Notes: generated by a model from the sequence alone, not told the origin. Counted from the whole stretch's first letter, positions 1-11,129 are shown. The stretch is 63,144 bases of DNA, filler included, from 7 parts of 7 records of this genome joined end to end with filler, not necessarily neighbours in it; one strand, 5' to 3'. A program made the numbers and translations.

Positions 1-353
1 ACGATCCGCGCGCCAAGGTCATGCAGGAAAGCTGCCACGAGGTTCTGGAAATCCTCGGTGTCGACGATCCGCTGCTGGAACTCGCGATGGAACTCGAGAA
101 GATCGCGCTCGAGGACGAATATTTCGTCAGCCGCAAGCTGTTCCCGAATGTCGATTTCTATTCCGGCATCGTGCTGAAGGCGATGGGCTTCCCGACCTCC
201 ATGTTCACCGTCCTGTTCGCCGTTGCCCGGACCACGGGCTGGGTCGCGCAGTGGAAGGAAAGCATCGAGGACCCGCAGGCAAAGATCGGCCGTCCGCGCC
301 AGCTCTATACGGGTCCGACCGAGCGTCCGTTCATCGATCTCGCAAAACGCTAA
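1..353 (+). CDS. gltA: citrate synthase, 3' part (5' truncated by window edge)
   Basis: C-terminal motifs [32 protein letters not shown]. Confidence 0.96.
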   Translation, partial: DPRAKVMQESCHEVLEILGVDDPLLELAMELEKIALEDEYFVSRKLFPNVDFYSGIVLKAMGFPTSMFTVLFAVARTTGWVAQWKESIEDPQAKIGRPRQLYTGPTERPFIDLAKR

Positions 354-375
354 AATATCTCGTTAAATCGAGGAG

Positions 376-405
376 GAAACGGCGGTGCGAAAGCGCCGCC
401 GTTTT
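376..405. terminator. probable bidirectional intrinsic terminator between convergent gltA and lpxB
   Basis: GAAACGGCGGTGC-GAAA-GCGCCGCCGTTTT hairpin. Confidence 0.7.
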
Positions 406-423
406 CTTATGGGCTATGGGTGG

Positions 424-1623
424 CTATGGGTGTTCGAGAAGTTCGATACCGGCTGCTTTTGCCACAGCCAGAGCAGCCCTGTCCGATGGTGCGATCTCGC
501 CCGTTCCAAGAACCTCGCGCAACGCCTGCCCGGCGGCGATACTGCCCCCGCGTGCCTTGCTGTCGTCAAACAGGCGGGCGACGGCAACAGTCAGTGCCTC
601 GGGCGTGCAGTTGTCCTGCATGAAAAAAGGCTGCACCGGCCGCTTCAGGATCCAGTTCGCCAGAACTACGGCCTCCATATTCACAAGCATCCGTCCAATC
701 GGCACCGAGAGCGGATTGACCTTGTAGCCGACAACAGTCGGAACGCCAGCAAGTGCCAACTCGAGCGTGACAGTTCCCGAGGCAGCCAGGGCCGCATTCA
801 TGGCAGAGAATGCATCATATTTATCTTCGGGGTTTTCCAGAATGACCGGCTGCAAAGGCCAGGATTTCACCCCCTCCCGCACCATCTCCGCAACGCCGGG
901 AACGGTTGGGATCACGACACGCAGGTTAGGATAGCGCGGAGCCAGGCGCTTCACGGTCTCGCCAAAGCCCGGGAGCAACCGGCGCACTTCACCCGGGCGG
1001 CTGCCCGGCAGCACCCCAAGAACCGGCACCTTCGGCGGAATCCTGGTCCGCGCGCGCAGGCGGGCCCCGTCACCATCCGGTTGCACCGATGCCGGATGGC
1101 CGACGAACGTGGTCTTGAGACCATGCTCCTCGAAATAGGGAGGCTCAAACGGAAACAGGACGAGAAGCTCATCAAGGAACTTCGAGATGGTCTTGGCCCG
1201 GCCCGGCCTCCAGGCCCAGACGGTCGGCGCCACCATATGCAGCAATGGAAACTGAGTGTTCTGGCCCGTGGCGCGGCGCTTGAAGAGGCGTTTCTGCACA
1301 CGCAGGCTGAAAGCCTTGGAATCGACCGTCAGCAAAATATCCGGTTGCAGCTCCAGGATATTGTCCACGGTCTGGCCGATGCGCCGGAGAAGTTTTGGCG
1401 CGTGCGGGAGAATCTCGAAGACCCCCAGCACCGCCATTTCCGATATCGGAAACAGGCTGGTCAGACCTTCGGCGGCCATCCGGTCGCCACCAACACCGGC
1501 GAAACGCACCTGGCCGCCCGTCATCCTTTTAAGGGATTTCATCAGGCCAGCGGCAAGCACGTCGCCTGACGCTTCACCGGCGATGATATAAACCAGCGGC
1601 GTCCGTGCCGCAGGCTGGTTCAC
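424..1623 (-). CDS. lpxB: lipid-A-disaccharide synthase
   Basis: IIAGEASGD, APTVWAWR, LFPFE, VGHP, LPGSR, ASGTVTLE motifs; lpx operon position. Confidence 0.96.
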   Translation of the reverse strand: MNQPAARTPLVYIIAGEASGDVLAAGLMKSLKRMTGGQVRFAGVGGDRMAAEGLTSLFPISEMAVLGVFEILPHAPKLLRRIGQTVDNILELQPDILLTVDSKAFSLRVQKRLFKRRATGQNTQFPLLHMVAPTVWAWRPGRAKTISKFLDELLVLFPFEPPYFEEHGLKTTFVGHPASVQPDGDGARLRARTRIPPKVPVLGVLPGSRPGEVRRLLPGFGETVKRLAPRYPNLRVVIPTVPGVAEMVREGVKSWPLQPVILENPEDKYDAFSAMNAALAASGTVTLELALAGVPTVVGYKVNPLSVPIGRMLVNMEAVVLANWILKRPVQPFFMQDNCTPEALTVAVARLFDDSKARGGSIAAGQALREVLGTGEIAPSDRAALAVAKAAGIELLEHP

Positions 1624-2453
1624 GACGGACTTCCCTGGAGACCCTCGACACCAACGAGGAACAGTCCGGCCGTGTTCGCCGCTTCCACGGCAATCTCGCG
1701 ATCGACAAGAAGCGTCGCGCCAGCCTCTACGGCAATGCCCCGGAACCCGGCGGCGGCAGCTCCCCTGATCGTATCCGGCCCGATCGTCGGCAGATCCGCA
1801 CGGCGTTCCTGGCCGCGTTTACGCATCTTGACCAGCACCGGGCCCTCTGCACTCTCACGCTTCAGTCCTGCGGTACGGGCAATCATTGCATCGGTTCCCT
1901 CGACGGCTTCCACAGCCAGGACCAGGCCCTCCTGAACAGCGACAGCCTGTCCAACATCAGCCGGGCTCAGCGCTTCCAGAACGGCCTTTCCGCGCGCTAT
2001 ATCAAACTCTGCGGTCTCGTCCGGAGCACGGTCTGTGATTGCCCCCGAGGGCATCAGATAACCGCCAAGAACATCATCGATCCCGACCACGCTAAATCCG
2101 TCGCCTTCCAGTTCCTCGATGATAACGGAAAGCAGGCCGTCATCACCGAATGCCTTGCGCCCTGCCTTGGCCAGCATCTTGGCTGACCGCAGATCGAGAG
2201 ACATGTCCGAGAAGGCCGGCCTGCGCATCGGCCCGGCCATCACTACCTCTTCCACCGAGGCGTCTTTCAGGTGCTTCAGCGTGGCACTGGTGGCGCCAAG
2301 CCGCACCCATGCATGATCAAGCCCCTCAACGGTAGCCTGATCCGTTTGTCCCTCGAAGGCGATGACAAAAACGCCGTCTCCATCGCTCAGCCGACGTTCA
2401 GCAATACGGCGGGGCAGCACCCCGCCGCCGGCGAGAATTCCCAGCTTTGGCAT
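1620..2453 (-). CDS. lpxI: UDP-2,3-diacylglucosamine pyrophosphatase LpxI
   Basis: Start MPKLGILAGGG; DVGQAV, AVEAVEGTD, DLPTIG motifs; lies between lpxA and lpxB. Confidence 0.92.
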   Translation of the reverse strand: MPKLGILAGGGVLPRRIAERRLSDGDGVFVIAFEGQTDQATVEGLDHAWVRLGATSATLKHLKDASVEEVVMAGPMRRPAFSDMSLDLRSAKMLAKAGRKAFGDDGLLSVIIEELEGDGFSVVGIDDVLGGYLMPSGAITDRAPDETAEFDIARGKAVLEALSPADVGQAVAVQEGLVLAVEAVEGTDAMIARTAGLKRESAEGPVLVKMRKRGQERRADLPTIGPDTIRGAAAAGFRGIAVEAGATLLVDREIAVEAANTAGLFLVGVEGLQGSPS

Positions 2454-2460
2454 GATGGCC

Positions 2461-3267
2461 TCAGGTCCTGCCAGGCTGGCAGATGGCACCACGGCTACTG
2501 GTGGCACGGATAAAACTGACGATATCCGCCACAGCCTCATGGTCGCAGAATTCACGCGCGACGGAGTCCACACGTTCCTGGAACGTGCCTTCGTCCGCGA
2601 ACAGCAGCCGGTAAGCCTTGCGCAGCTCGGCGATCTGCTCCTGGGTGAATCCCCGGCGCTTCAAGCCGATCAGATTGAGCCCGGACAGCCGTGCCCGATC
2701 CCCCATCACGGTTCCGAACGGGATCACATCATTCTCGACGCCGGTAAGACCGCCGATCATGGCGTGCTTGCCGATGCGCACGAATTGTCGCGCAGCGCTA
2801 AGCCCGCCGAGAATGGCGAAGTCACCAACAGTCACATGCCCTGCCAGGGTCGCATTGTTTGCCAGGATGACATTGTCACCAACGACGCAGTCGTGCGCCA
2901 CGTGAGACGCGGCCATGAACAGACAATCGTCTCCCACCTTGGTCAGCATGCCGCCGCCTTCGGTGCCGATATTCATGGTGACGTGCTCGCGGATCACGTT
3001 CCGGGCACCGATCACCAGTTCGGACGGCTCCCCGCCATATTTCAGGTCCTGGGGAATCTGCCCGATGGACGAGAACGGAAAGATTTCTGTTTCCGCGCCG
3101 ATGCTGGTCCGGCCATCAAGGACGACGTGAGCATGCAGGCGACAATTGTCTCCCAGAACGACGTTCGGGCCGATGACGCAATACGGGCCGATCCCGACTC
3201 CGGAGCCGATCTCTGCGGCTTTATCGACAATCGCGGTCGGATGGATGCTGCGCTCTTGCGATGTCAT
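2461..3267 (-). CDS. lpxA: UDP-N-acetylglucosamine O-acyltransferase
   Basis: IHPTAIV, hexapeptide repeats, PQDLKY, HVAHDC, GLNLIGLKRRGF. Confidence 0.97.
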   Translation of the reverse strand: MTSQERSIHPTAIVDKAAEIGSGVGIGPYCVIGPNVVLGDNCRLHAHVVLDGRTSIGAETEIFPFSSIGQIPQDLKYGGEPSELVIGARNVIREHVTMNIGTEGGGMLTKVGDDCLFMAASHVAHDCVVGDNVILANNATLAGHVTVGDFAILGGLSAARQFVRIGKHAMIGGLTGVENDVIPFGTVMGDRARLSGLNLIGLKRRGFTQEQIAELRKAYRLLFADEGTFQERVDSVAREFCDHEAVADIVSFIRATSSRGAICQPGRT

Positions 3268-3270
3268 CCC

Positions 3271-3747
3271 CTAGCTGTCCACGATCATCGCGGAGAATGT
3301 CGCCTCGGCAACCAGCACGCCGTCGACTTTCGCCGCTCCGGTGAATTTCCAGACCGGTCCTCTGTTCCTGGATTTCTCCACATGAATCTTGATCTGATCT
3401 CCAGGAACCACGGGTTTGCGGAAACGGGCATCGTCAATGGTCATGAAATAGACCAGCTTGCCTTCCGCTTCCTTGCCCAGAGTGGCCACGACAAGACAAC
3501 CGGCGGTTTGCGCCATGGATTCGATGATCAGGACGCCCGGAAAAACCGGACGGGTCGGGAAATGACCCTGAAAAAAATTCTCGTTGATCGAGACATTCTT
3601 GACCCCGACCGCTTTCACGCCGAGCTCGATTTCCTCGATTTTATCCACCATGAGAAACGGATACCGGTGCGGGATCAGTTCCATCACCCGGTTTACGTCA
3701 ATATCGGTTTCGACAGCCGTTCCGACTTCAATATCTGCGGCGCCCAT
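3271..3747 (-). CDS. fabZ: 3-hydroxyacyl-ACP dehydratase
   Basis: [37 protein letters not shown]. Confidence 0.97.
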   Translation of the reverse strand: MGAADIEVGTAVETDIDVNRVMELIPHRYPFLMVDKIEEIELGVKAVGVKNVSINENFFQGHFPTRPVFPGVLIIESMAQTAGCLVVATLGKEAEGKLVYFMTIDDARFRKPVVPGDQIKIHVEKSRNRGPVWKFTGAAKVDGVLVAEATFSAMIVDS

Positions 3748-4778
3748 CAGTTCTCCAGATCTTTGTTGCGTCGCCCCAAGGACTTGATAGCAGCCACCTG
3801 ACGGCGGAAATCTCTTATTGGCACGGCCGGAGCCCCACCGATTTTTTCACCCGGCGCAGTCGTGCTCGTAACCCCGGACTGTGCCGCAACCTGCACACCG
3901 TCACCGAGCTCGATATGGCCGGCCACACCGACCTGCCCCGCGAGAACCACGTAATTCCCGATTTTCGCGCTTCCGGCAATACCGGCCTGACCACAAATGA
4001 TACAGCCTTTGCCAACCTGAACGTTGTGGCCGATCTGAACCAGATTATCAATCATGGTCCCGCGACCAATGACCGTATCCGGGCCACTGCCCCGGTCGAT
4101 ACAACTATTCGCACCGATTTCCACATCATCCTCGATGATCGCCCGGCCAAGCTGCGGCATCTTGATGACACCGGCTTCATCCACTTCGAATCCGAACCCG
4201 CGCGTCCCGATCCGGGCTCCGGGATAGATCACCACACGCGCCCCGATCAGGCAGTGGGAAAGCGACGCGTTTTCACCGATAACGGTGCCCGCTCCAACCT
4301 CGACATTTTCGCCGACGATGGCATTGGCTTCGACCCTGACGCCGTCCCCGAGTTTCGCACCGGCCGAAATCACGGCGCCCGGCCCGACGGAACAATCCTT
4401 GCCCAACGTTGCCGCGTCATCAATTGCCGCACTTGCGGAAATGCCTGTGGACCGGCGCTCTTCCGGATAGAACAGGGTCGCGATTTTGGCGAATGCCCGG
4501 CGAGGCCGGTCACTGACGATCAGGGCAAGCCCATCGGGCGCCCGGTCGGCAATATTCCGCGGCAGGATACAGATAGCTGCCGCGGATGAGCTCAAGGCTC
4601 CCACATAGCGTCTGTTCTCAACGAAACAGATGTCGCTGGCCGTCGCCTCTTCAATGGAGGCGATATCCTCGATTATCAGTTCCGGATCAGGACAGTTCAG
4701 CAATTCACCACCAACGCGCTCGGCAAGGTCAGCGGCGGAATATGTTCCTGATTTTCTGAAGAATCTCTTGTCCGGCAT
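3747..4778 (-). CDS. lpxD: UDP-3-O-acylglucosamine N-acyltransferase
   Basis: [27 protein letters not shown], hexapeptide repeats. Confidence 0.96.
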   Translation of the reverse strand: MPDKRFFRKSGTYSAADLAERVGGELLNCPDPELIIEDIASIEEATASDICFVENRRYVGALSSSAAAICILPRNIADRAPDGLALIVSDRPRRAFAKIATLFYPEERRSTGISASAAIDDAATLGKDCSVGPGAVISAGAKLGDGVRVEANAIVGENVEVGAGTVIGENASLSHCLIGARVVIYPGARIGTRGFGFEVDEAGVIKMPQLGRAIIEDDVEIGANSCIDRGSGPDTVIGRGTMIDNLVQIGHNVQVGKGCIICGQAGIAGSAKIGNYVVLAGQVGVAGHIELGDGVQVAAQSGVTSTTAPGEKIGGAPAVPIRDFRRQVAAIKSLGRRNKDLEN

Positions 4779-4797
4779 CGCGCGGCATCAATCGCTT

Positions 4798-5406
4798 CTA
4801 GTTCTGCGTTTCGGTAAAGGTCACTTTGACCTTCGGCAGCTTCTTGTTCAGGCGCTTCATGATCTCTTCGGTAACATCGATTTTACGATCCCCGAGGAAA
4901 ATCTGGTTCTTGAACAAAACCAGCCCGACACCAACTTCGCCGGCCACTTCAGCGACGATCTCGATCATCGTCTGGCGCACCTGGCCGTTTGCCCGGCCAT
5001 AGGCCTGGTCCAGCTGGCGCTTCATTGCCTGGCCGTCCCGCTGCAGAGCCGCGATATTCTGCTGGTGCTCACGGACACGCGCCTGGAAGACTTCATTCGC
5101 GAGAATGGCCTGCTGTTGCGCCAAAGCCTTTTCGGCTTCACGCACATCGGCTTCACGCTGCTGGAAATCCTTCTCGTAGACCTTCCGGCGGCTCTCGACC
5201 TGCTCGCGGATATCCTTCGCCGCATCGGATTGGCGCATAATCTGCTGCACATCGACAACGGCCACACTGACCGGCTCGATCTTGTCGAGCGCATCCGCCG
5301 GGGAAACCGCGACGGCGGTCGTCAGCGAAACGGCAAGAAGAACCCCTGCAAGGACTCTAGAAGCGCGTTCCGAAACTGAACCTAAAGATTTCAGTATCAT
5401 CAGCAT
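4798..5406 (-). CDS. skp: OmpH/Skp periplasmic chaperone
   Basis: Signal peptide, VAVVDVQQIM, long coiled coil, IDVTEEIMKRLN; lies between bamA and lpxD; start overlaps bamA end. Confidence 0.88.
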   Translation of the reverse strand: MLMILKSLGSVSERASRVLAGVLLAVSLTTAVAVSPADALDKIEPVSVAVVDVQQIMRQSDAAKDIREQVESRRKVYEKDFQQREADVREAEKALAQQQAILANEVFQARVREHQQNIAALQRDGQAMKRQLDQAYGRANGQVRQTMIEIVAEVAGEVGVGLVLFKNQIFLGDRKIDVTEEIMKRLNKKLPKVKVTFTETQN

Positions 5407-7678
5407 CGTCCTTCAATATTGCTTGCGCCACATCGACGCGGATCAACCCAAACGCCGTGGCCCAGGAAATACCCGTACCCACTGACGCTCGTAAACTCGT
5501 GCTGTCGATGATTTCCGGCCCGCTTTCATCGATCCCGTAGAGCGAGCCGACATCGGTAAACACGAACCCTTTGATCCCAAGATCACCAGGCAGGCCAAGC
5601 GGAAAGCCGACCTCGGCCGTGCCGACATAATATGTATTGCCGCCCAGGGCATCATCACTGTCCCTGTCCCGCGGACCTATGCCGTTCCGGGCGAAGCCAC
5701 GGAAATTGTTACCGCCGACAAAGAACCGCTCGGCGATCCCGACATCTTCTCCCAGCCCAACGATGTGTCCACCTTCACCGATCAGGCCAAGGACATAATC
5801 GTCAACAAGGGGAATGTAGTAGGAGCCGCGAAGGGTCGTCCGGAAATGCGACACCGTACCGCCGAGCCCGGCGACATCGTTGGATACACTTACGAAATAA
5901 CCTTCGGTCGGATCATTCCTGTTGTCCCGCATATCGAGAGACAAGGTGTGACCAACCTGGGAAACGGTCTGGGAGCCTTCCTGGTCCTGCACGAAACGGG
6001 AAGCATCATCGTCCACATCCCGGATCTCCGTGGTCTTCAGCAGGTAGTTGACCGAATGCCGGAGATCCTCGCCAAGATCGTATCCCGCGCGCAGACGGAA
6101 ACCGCTGCTCTCTTCCTTGAAGGAGCTCTCGTCCGTTTCATCCCGGACGATCCTGAACAGATCAATACCGGCAGCCACGTCCCGATCCATGAAATATGGT
6201 TCGGTGAAGCCGAGATCAAACTGCTGGCGGTTGACCGAGCCGGAGAACTTGAGACGGAGATCCTGTCCCCGGCCAAGCAGGTTACGCTCCCGGATCCCGA
6301 TATCGCCGATCACACTGTCCACGGTCGAAAAGCCAACGCCGAAGGAAATTTCCCCGGTCGACTGTTCCTCGACAGTGGCGGTAATGACAGTCCGGTCCGG
6401 CTGCGAGCCTTCCCGGTTCTGCACATCCACGGTCTTGAAGAAGCCAAGATTACGAACACGCCGGGTGGAGCGCCGCATCTTCGAGGTATTGAAGGCATCG
6501 CCTTCGGCAAGCTGGAATTCCCGCCGGATAACCCGGTCAAGCGTCCGCACATTGCCTTCGATATCGATCCGCTCAACGAAGACCTTGGGCCCCTCGCCGA
6601 CAAAGAAGGTGATGCCAACAGTCTTGCCTTCGACATCCTGATGCGGTTGCGGGCGGATATCGACGAAGGCGAAACCGAGAGTGCCGAGATAATCGACAAT
6701 CCTGTCCACGGCATCGTCAACCTGGTCAGCGTTGTAGATCTCGCCAGGGACAATCTCCACCAGCGGACGCAGCGCTTCTTGTTCGATATTCTTCAGACGG
6801 ATATCGAAGTCCATATCCCCGAAAGTATACTGGTTGCCTTCCTCCATCGTGAAGGTGACAACGAAATCCTTCTGGTCCGGCGTCAGCTCGGCGACAGCAT
6901 TGAGGACTTTGAAGTCCGCATAGCCTTCGCTCAGATAGTGCCGCCGGAGCAACTCACGGTCGAAGCTGAGACGATCGGGATCATAGGTGTCCGTGGTCGT
7001 CAGGATGCGCCAGAAGGCATATTCCTTGGTCTGGATCACATCGCGCAGCTTGGAATCGCTGAAAGCCTTGTTGCCGATAAAGGAGATCGACCGGATCCGG
7101 GTCAACGGCCCTTCATCAATCTCGAACACCAGATCGACACGGTTCTGCTCTAGCTGGATAACCTTCGGTTCGACCGTCGCGGCGAAACGTCCGCTCAGGC
7201 GATACACATCAAGAATGCGCTGAACGTCCTGCTGCACCCGGGTCCGGGTGAAGACCCGCCGAGGCTGCAATTCGACCTCGCGTTCCAGCTCTTCGTCCTT
7301 GATCCGCTTGTTGCCCTCGAAGGCAATCCGGTTGATCACCGGGTTCTCGACGACCGTGACAGTGATGCGGCCACCCGCCGGGCGAAGATTGACATCGGCA
7401 AACAGGCCGGTGCCAAACAGCGCTTTCAAGGACCTGTCCAGCGTGGCGGCGTCGACAGTGTCGCCAACCTTGACGGTCATGTAGGAGCGTACCGTTTCCG
7501 GATCCACGCGCTGGGTTCCGACCACTTCGATCTCATCGACCTGCATGGTCTGCGCATACGCAGGCGAAATGCCGCCCGGCACATGCGGAGCCCCAAAAAA
7601 TCCAACCGCGAGGGCGGCTACGGCGACAAACAAACGGGCAAGCGTCAGTCGTGCCGTCACATCAAACTCCGCAAACAC
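5357..7678 (-). CDS. bamA: outer membrane protein assembly factor BamA
   Basis: POTRA repeats (VENPVINRIAFEGN, GNVRTLDRVIRRE), FRGF motif, C-terminal FRFSFGTRF. Confidence 0.97.
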   Translation of the reverse strand: MFAEFDVTARLTLARLFVAVAALAVGFFGAPHVPGGISPAYAQTMQVDEIEVVGTQRVDPETVRSYMTVKVGDTVDAATLDRSLKALFGTGLFADVNLRPAGGRITVTVVENPVINRIAFEGNKRIKDEELEREVELQPRRVFTRTRVQQDVQRILDVYRLSGRFAATVEPKVIQLEQNRVDLVFEIDEGPLTRIRSISFIGNKAFSDSKLRDVIQTKEYAFWRILTTTDTYDPDRLSFDRELLRRHYLSEGYADFKVLNAVAELTPDQKDFVVTFTMEEGNQYTFGDMDFDIRLKNIEQEALRPLVEIVPGEIYNADQVDDAVDRIVDYLGTLGFAFVDIRPQPHQDVEGKTVGITFFVGEGPKVFVERIDIEGNVRTLDRVIRREFQLAEGDAFNTSKMRRSTRRVRNLGFFKTVDVQNREGSQPDRTVITATVEEQSTGEISFGVGFSTVDSVIGDIGIRERNLLGRGQDLRLKFSGSVNRQQFDLGFTEPYFMDRDVAAGIDLFRIVRDETDESSFKEESSGFRLRAGYDLGEDLRHSVNYLLKTTEIRDVDDDASRFVQDQEGSQTVSQVGHTLSLDMRDNRNDPTEGYFVSVSNDVAGLGGTVSHFRTTLRGSYYIPLVDDYVLGLIGEGGHIVGLGEDVGIAERFFVGGNNFRGFARNGIGPRDRDSDDALGGNTYYVGTAEVGFPLGLPGDLGIKGFVFTDVGSLYGIDESGPEIIDSTSLRASVGTGISWATAFGLIRVDVAQAILKDDADDTEIFRFSFGTRF

Positions 7679-7800
7679 TTATCAAACCCTGTGAAGGTCA
7701 GTCCGGTGGCGGACTATAGACTGGTTGGAACACTCATTAAACCAGTGATTCCGTTGATAATTCGAAAACTTACGGAGCCTCATATCCGGCATGCCCGCTA

Positions 7801-8934
7801 TCAGCCGAAAATCGCGCCTATTTTCTGTATGAACGAATTGCTGACAATGTCATTCCAGGTGACGAACACCATGAGTGCGATAACCAGCGACAGGCCCGCC
7901 ACGGACGCATATTCCCTGAAACGCTCATTAAGCGGGCGTCCACGAATCGCTTCCGCCGTATAGAACACGAGATGCCCGCCATCGAGCACCGGAATCGGGA
8001 ACAGATTGATCAGGCCGAGATTGACGGAAAGCACGGCCATGAACCAGAACGTCGTGTCCCAGCCCTGCTTTGCCACTTCCCCGGACATCTGGGCGATCTT
8101 GATCGGCCCGCCGAGTTCTTCCGTGCCGCGTGAGCCGGTGATCATCTGACCAACGGCACGGAGCGTCTGTGCCGTCATGCTGTAGGTCTCCACAGTCGCG
8201 CTCCAGAGCGCGTCCAGAGGACCGTGCTTGATCATGGCGACATTGTTGCTGCGCACCCCAAGCTGACCAAACCGGAGCGTGTTACCGAACCGGTCCTCGG
8301 TAACGATCTCTTTCGGCGTAATGGTCAGATTGAGTTCAGACTCGCCCCGGCGCACGATCATTGGCAAAGGCGTGCCCGGGTTTTCACGCACGACAACCTG
8401 CAGGTCCCCGAAGCGCGTTACCTCGGTGCCGGCTATTTCCAGCACACGGTCACCGGCCTCAAGACCGGCAGCCGCTGCAGCACTCTCCGGCATGACTTCA
8501 TCAATCGTCGCCGGCGCATAGCGCTGCCCCACGACCATGAAAAGCCCCGCCAGAACAACAATCGCGAAAATGAAATTCGCGGCCGGACCGGCGGCAACGA
8601 TGGCAATACGCTGCGCGACGCTCTTGTAATGGAAGGAGACCGCCTTCTGTTCCGGCGACATCTCTTCGAGACCTTCGGAGGTGGCGCTCGCGGGATCCGC
8701 GTCGCCATACATCTTCACGTAACCGCCCAGCGGGATGGCCGAGACCTTCCAGCGGGTGTCGTTCTTGTCGTTCCAGCCGAAGAGTTCCGGGCCAAACCCG
8801 ATAGAGAACACCTCGACCCGGACACCGGCGCGCCGGGCAACCCAGTAATGCCCCAACTCATGGACAAAAACCAAAACCGTGAGAATCAGCAAGAACGGGA
8901 TCAGGCTTCCAGCGAAACCAGTCAGAAATTCCAT
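7801..8934 (-). CDS. rseP: RIP metalloprotease RseP
   Basis: HELGH, GGYVKM, AGPAANF, PDZ domain, NLFPIPVLDGG. Confidence 0.96.
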   Translation of the reverse strand: MEFLTGFAGSLIPFLLILTVLVFVHELGHYWVARRAGVRVEVFSIGFGPELFGWNDKNDTRWKVSAIPLGGYVKMYGDADPASATSEGLEEMSPEQKAVSFHYKSVAQRIAIVAAGPAANFIFAIVVLAGLFMVVGQRYAPATIDEVMPESAAAAAGLEAGDRVLEIAGTEVTRFGDLQVVVRENPGTPLPMIVRRGESELNLTITPKEIVTEDRFGNTLRFGQLGVRSNNVAMIKHGPLDALWSATVETYSMTAQTLRAVGQMITGSRGTEELGGPIKIAQMSGEVAKQGWDTTFWFMAVLSVNLGLINLFPIPVLDGGHLVFYTAEAIRGRPLNERFREYASVAGLSLVIALMVFVTWNDIVSNSFIQKIGAIFG

Positions 8935-8977
8935 GGCGACGGCGATCCTCAGAACGATTTGTTACGATTGGTACTAT

Positions 8978-10228
8978 TTAGAGACGCTTGGCCTCAATCT
9001 CAATGGCACTCTCGGAGACGCGAACAGGTGTTGCCGTCCGGCGGCCACGCGAAATCAGCTCCCGCGCTTGTGCGCGAACATCCAGATCAAGCGCGATCAC
9101 ATCGTCGATTGTCTTCGCGATACCTACATTTACGGTCTGCATTGCGTCTCCCACGAGTTCCGCAATCCCCGTGAATGGGAGCCGCTTGTCCAGGAAAGCT
9201 TCCACACCAATTTCGTTGGAAGCATTCAGGATAGCGGGATGCGCCCCGCCGGAGCGAAGGGCTTCACGCGCCAGTGCCAGTGCGGGGAAACGCTCCATGT
9301 CAGGCGCAAAGAAAGTCAGCTTGGCGATCTCGGTAAGATCGAGCTTCTGGACTGTGGTTTCCATCCGCTCGGGCCAGGCCAGCGCATAGGAAATCGGGGT
9401 CCGCATGTCCGGCATGCCGAGCTGCGCCAGCACCGAGCCGTCCGAGTAAGCGACCATACTATGGATGATCGATTGCGGGTGAACCAGAACGTCTATCCGG
9501 TCCACATCCAGATCGAAAAGATGCGCGGCTTCAATAACTTCAAGCCCCTTGTTCATCATGGTCGCGGAATCAACCGAGATCTTGGACCCCATGCTCCATT
9601 GCGGATGCGCCACCGCTTCCTCGGGCGTCTTGCGGGCCATCTCCGCCAGCGTCGCATCCCGGAACGGTCCGCCGGACGCCGTCAGCACGATCTTGTCTAT
9701 GGCCTTCCGCCGGTGCTGCTCGAACACCTGGAAAATCGCATTGTGCTCTGAATCGACCGGCAGCAACGTCGCGCCCGAAGCCTCGACTTCGCGCATCATG
9801 ATATCGCCGGCGGAAACGAGGCATTCCTTGTTAGCAAGAGCCACCGTTGCACCGCGGCGGACCGCCGTCAGCGTGGGCAGCAGGCCGGCACACCCGACAA
9901 TAGCAGCCATAACCCAATCGGACGGGCGTGCAGCAGCCTCGCAGACAGCGGCATCACCTGCGGCAACCTCGATCCCGGTTCCGGACAGGGCGTTCTTCAG
10001 ATCGGCATACCCATCCGGATCGGCAATCGCGACAAATTCGGGTTTCAGCGCGTGCGCGAGCTCCGCAAGACGCGCAACGTTACGGCCACCAGAAAGGGCC
10101 GCCACGGAGAAGCTGCCGGGATTTGCCAGCAGCAAATCCGCCGTACTGCCTCCGACGGAGCCAGTGGCACCAAGGATGGAAACAGATTTGCGCTGCTGCT
10201 TCTGCATTTTGTCAGTCGTTCTCAGCAT
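8978..10228 (-). CDS. dxr: 1-deoxy-D-xylulose-5-phosphate reductoisomerase
   Basis: LGATGSVG, LANKE, PVDSEH, TASGGPF, WSMGSKISVDSATMMNKGLE. Confidence 0.97.
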   Translation of the reverse strand: MLRTTDKMQKQQRKSVSILGATGSVGGSTADLLLANPGSFSVAALSGGRNVARLAELAHALKPEFVAIADPDGYADLKNALSGTGIEVAAGDAAVCEAAARPSDWVMAAIVGCAGLLPTLTAVRRGATVALANKECLVSAGDIMMREVEASGATLLPVDSEHNAIFQVFEQHRRKAIDKIVLTASGGPFRDATLAEMARKTPEEAVAHPQWSMGSKISVDSATMMNKGLEVIEAAHLFDLDVDRIDVLVHPQSIIHSMVAYSDGSVLAQLGMPDMRTPISYALAWPERMETTVQKLDLTEIAKLTFFAPDMERFPALALAREALRSGGAHPAILNASNEIGVEAFLDKRLPFTGIAELVGDAMQTVNVGIAKTIDDVIALDLDVRAQARELISRGRRTATPVRVSESAIEIEAKRL

Positions 10229-10234
10229 GTCGCC

Positions 10235-11122
10235 TTAGGGCCATGTCCAGAGCAGTATGCTCTTCCCGGAGAGAAGCATCAGTGCCGCCGCCAAGGGCAG
10301 AACGGTGACCTGACCGTCTACCCGGTCAAGAATGCCGCCATGCCCGGGTATCAGACGCCCGGAGTCCTTAACATCGAAATAACGCTTCAGGGCTGACTCG
10401 GCAAAGTCACCTGCCTGCGCGACGATGGCAATAACCGCCCCCGCGAGGGCAATCAGGCCAGGTTCATGGCCGAGGTTCAGCGCCAGAAACGCGCCGAAAC
10501 CGGCACTTCCGGCCATTCCGCCGATCAACCCTGCCCAGGTTTTGTTCGGGCTGACCCGCGGCCAGATTTTCGGCCCGCCGATGGTGCGGCCGGCAGCGTA
10601 AGCCGCAACATCGGTGATCACCACCGAAAGCGCCAGCCACAGGGCTGTATCGAGCCCGTGATCAGGCATTACCCGCACCCAATAGATCGCGAATGCGGGA
10701 GCGAATGCGATCAACAGGCCCGGAAGCAGCTTTAATGTCCAGGCACCGGTCAGCAGACGCACCGCAACCGCATAGAGCAGCGGCAGCCCGCACAAAGCCA
10801 GTAATGCCGCCGGCAGCCATAGACTACAGGCAGCCAGCCCAACAAGCATGGCTGCAACCAGAGCCGTCAGACGGCTGATCGCCGGTGCGCTGCCCGGTGT
10901 AACCAGGTTGCACCATTCCCAGGCCATGGCAGCGGAAAGCAGCGCCACAAGTATCAGAAAATAATAATTCCCGAGCCAGAACAGCAGAATGACCGGGGGC
11001 AGAATGACAATGGAGGACACAACCCGCAGAACAAGTTCCCGCGAACGGCCAGCGGAGGCGGGTGCCTGCACGGGACCGGAGCCTACACCATCCGGCGCCG
11101 GATCATTGTCTCTACCCGGCAT
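10235..11122 (-). CDS. cdsA: phosphatidate cytidylyltransferase
   Basis: SPNKTWAG, GDFAESALKR, KDSGRLIPGHGGILDRVD; start set to ATG at 11122 just after uppS stop. Confidence 0.93.
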   Translation of the reverse strand: MPGRDNDPAPDGVGSGPVQAPASAGRSRELVLRVVSSIVILPPVILLFWLGNYYFLILVALLSAAMAWEWCNLVTPGSAPAISRLTALVAAMLVGLAACSLWLPAALLALCGLPLLYAVAVRLLTGAWTLKLLPGLLIAFAPAFAIYWVRVMPDHGLDTALWLALSVVITDVAAYAAGRTIGGPKIWPRVSPNKTWAGLIGGMAGSAGFGAFLALNLGHEPGLIALAGAVIAIVAQAGDFAESALKRYFDVKDSGRLIPGHGGILDRVDGQVTVLPLAAALMLLSGKSILLWTWP

Positions 11123-11129
11123 ATCCAGG

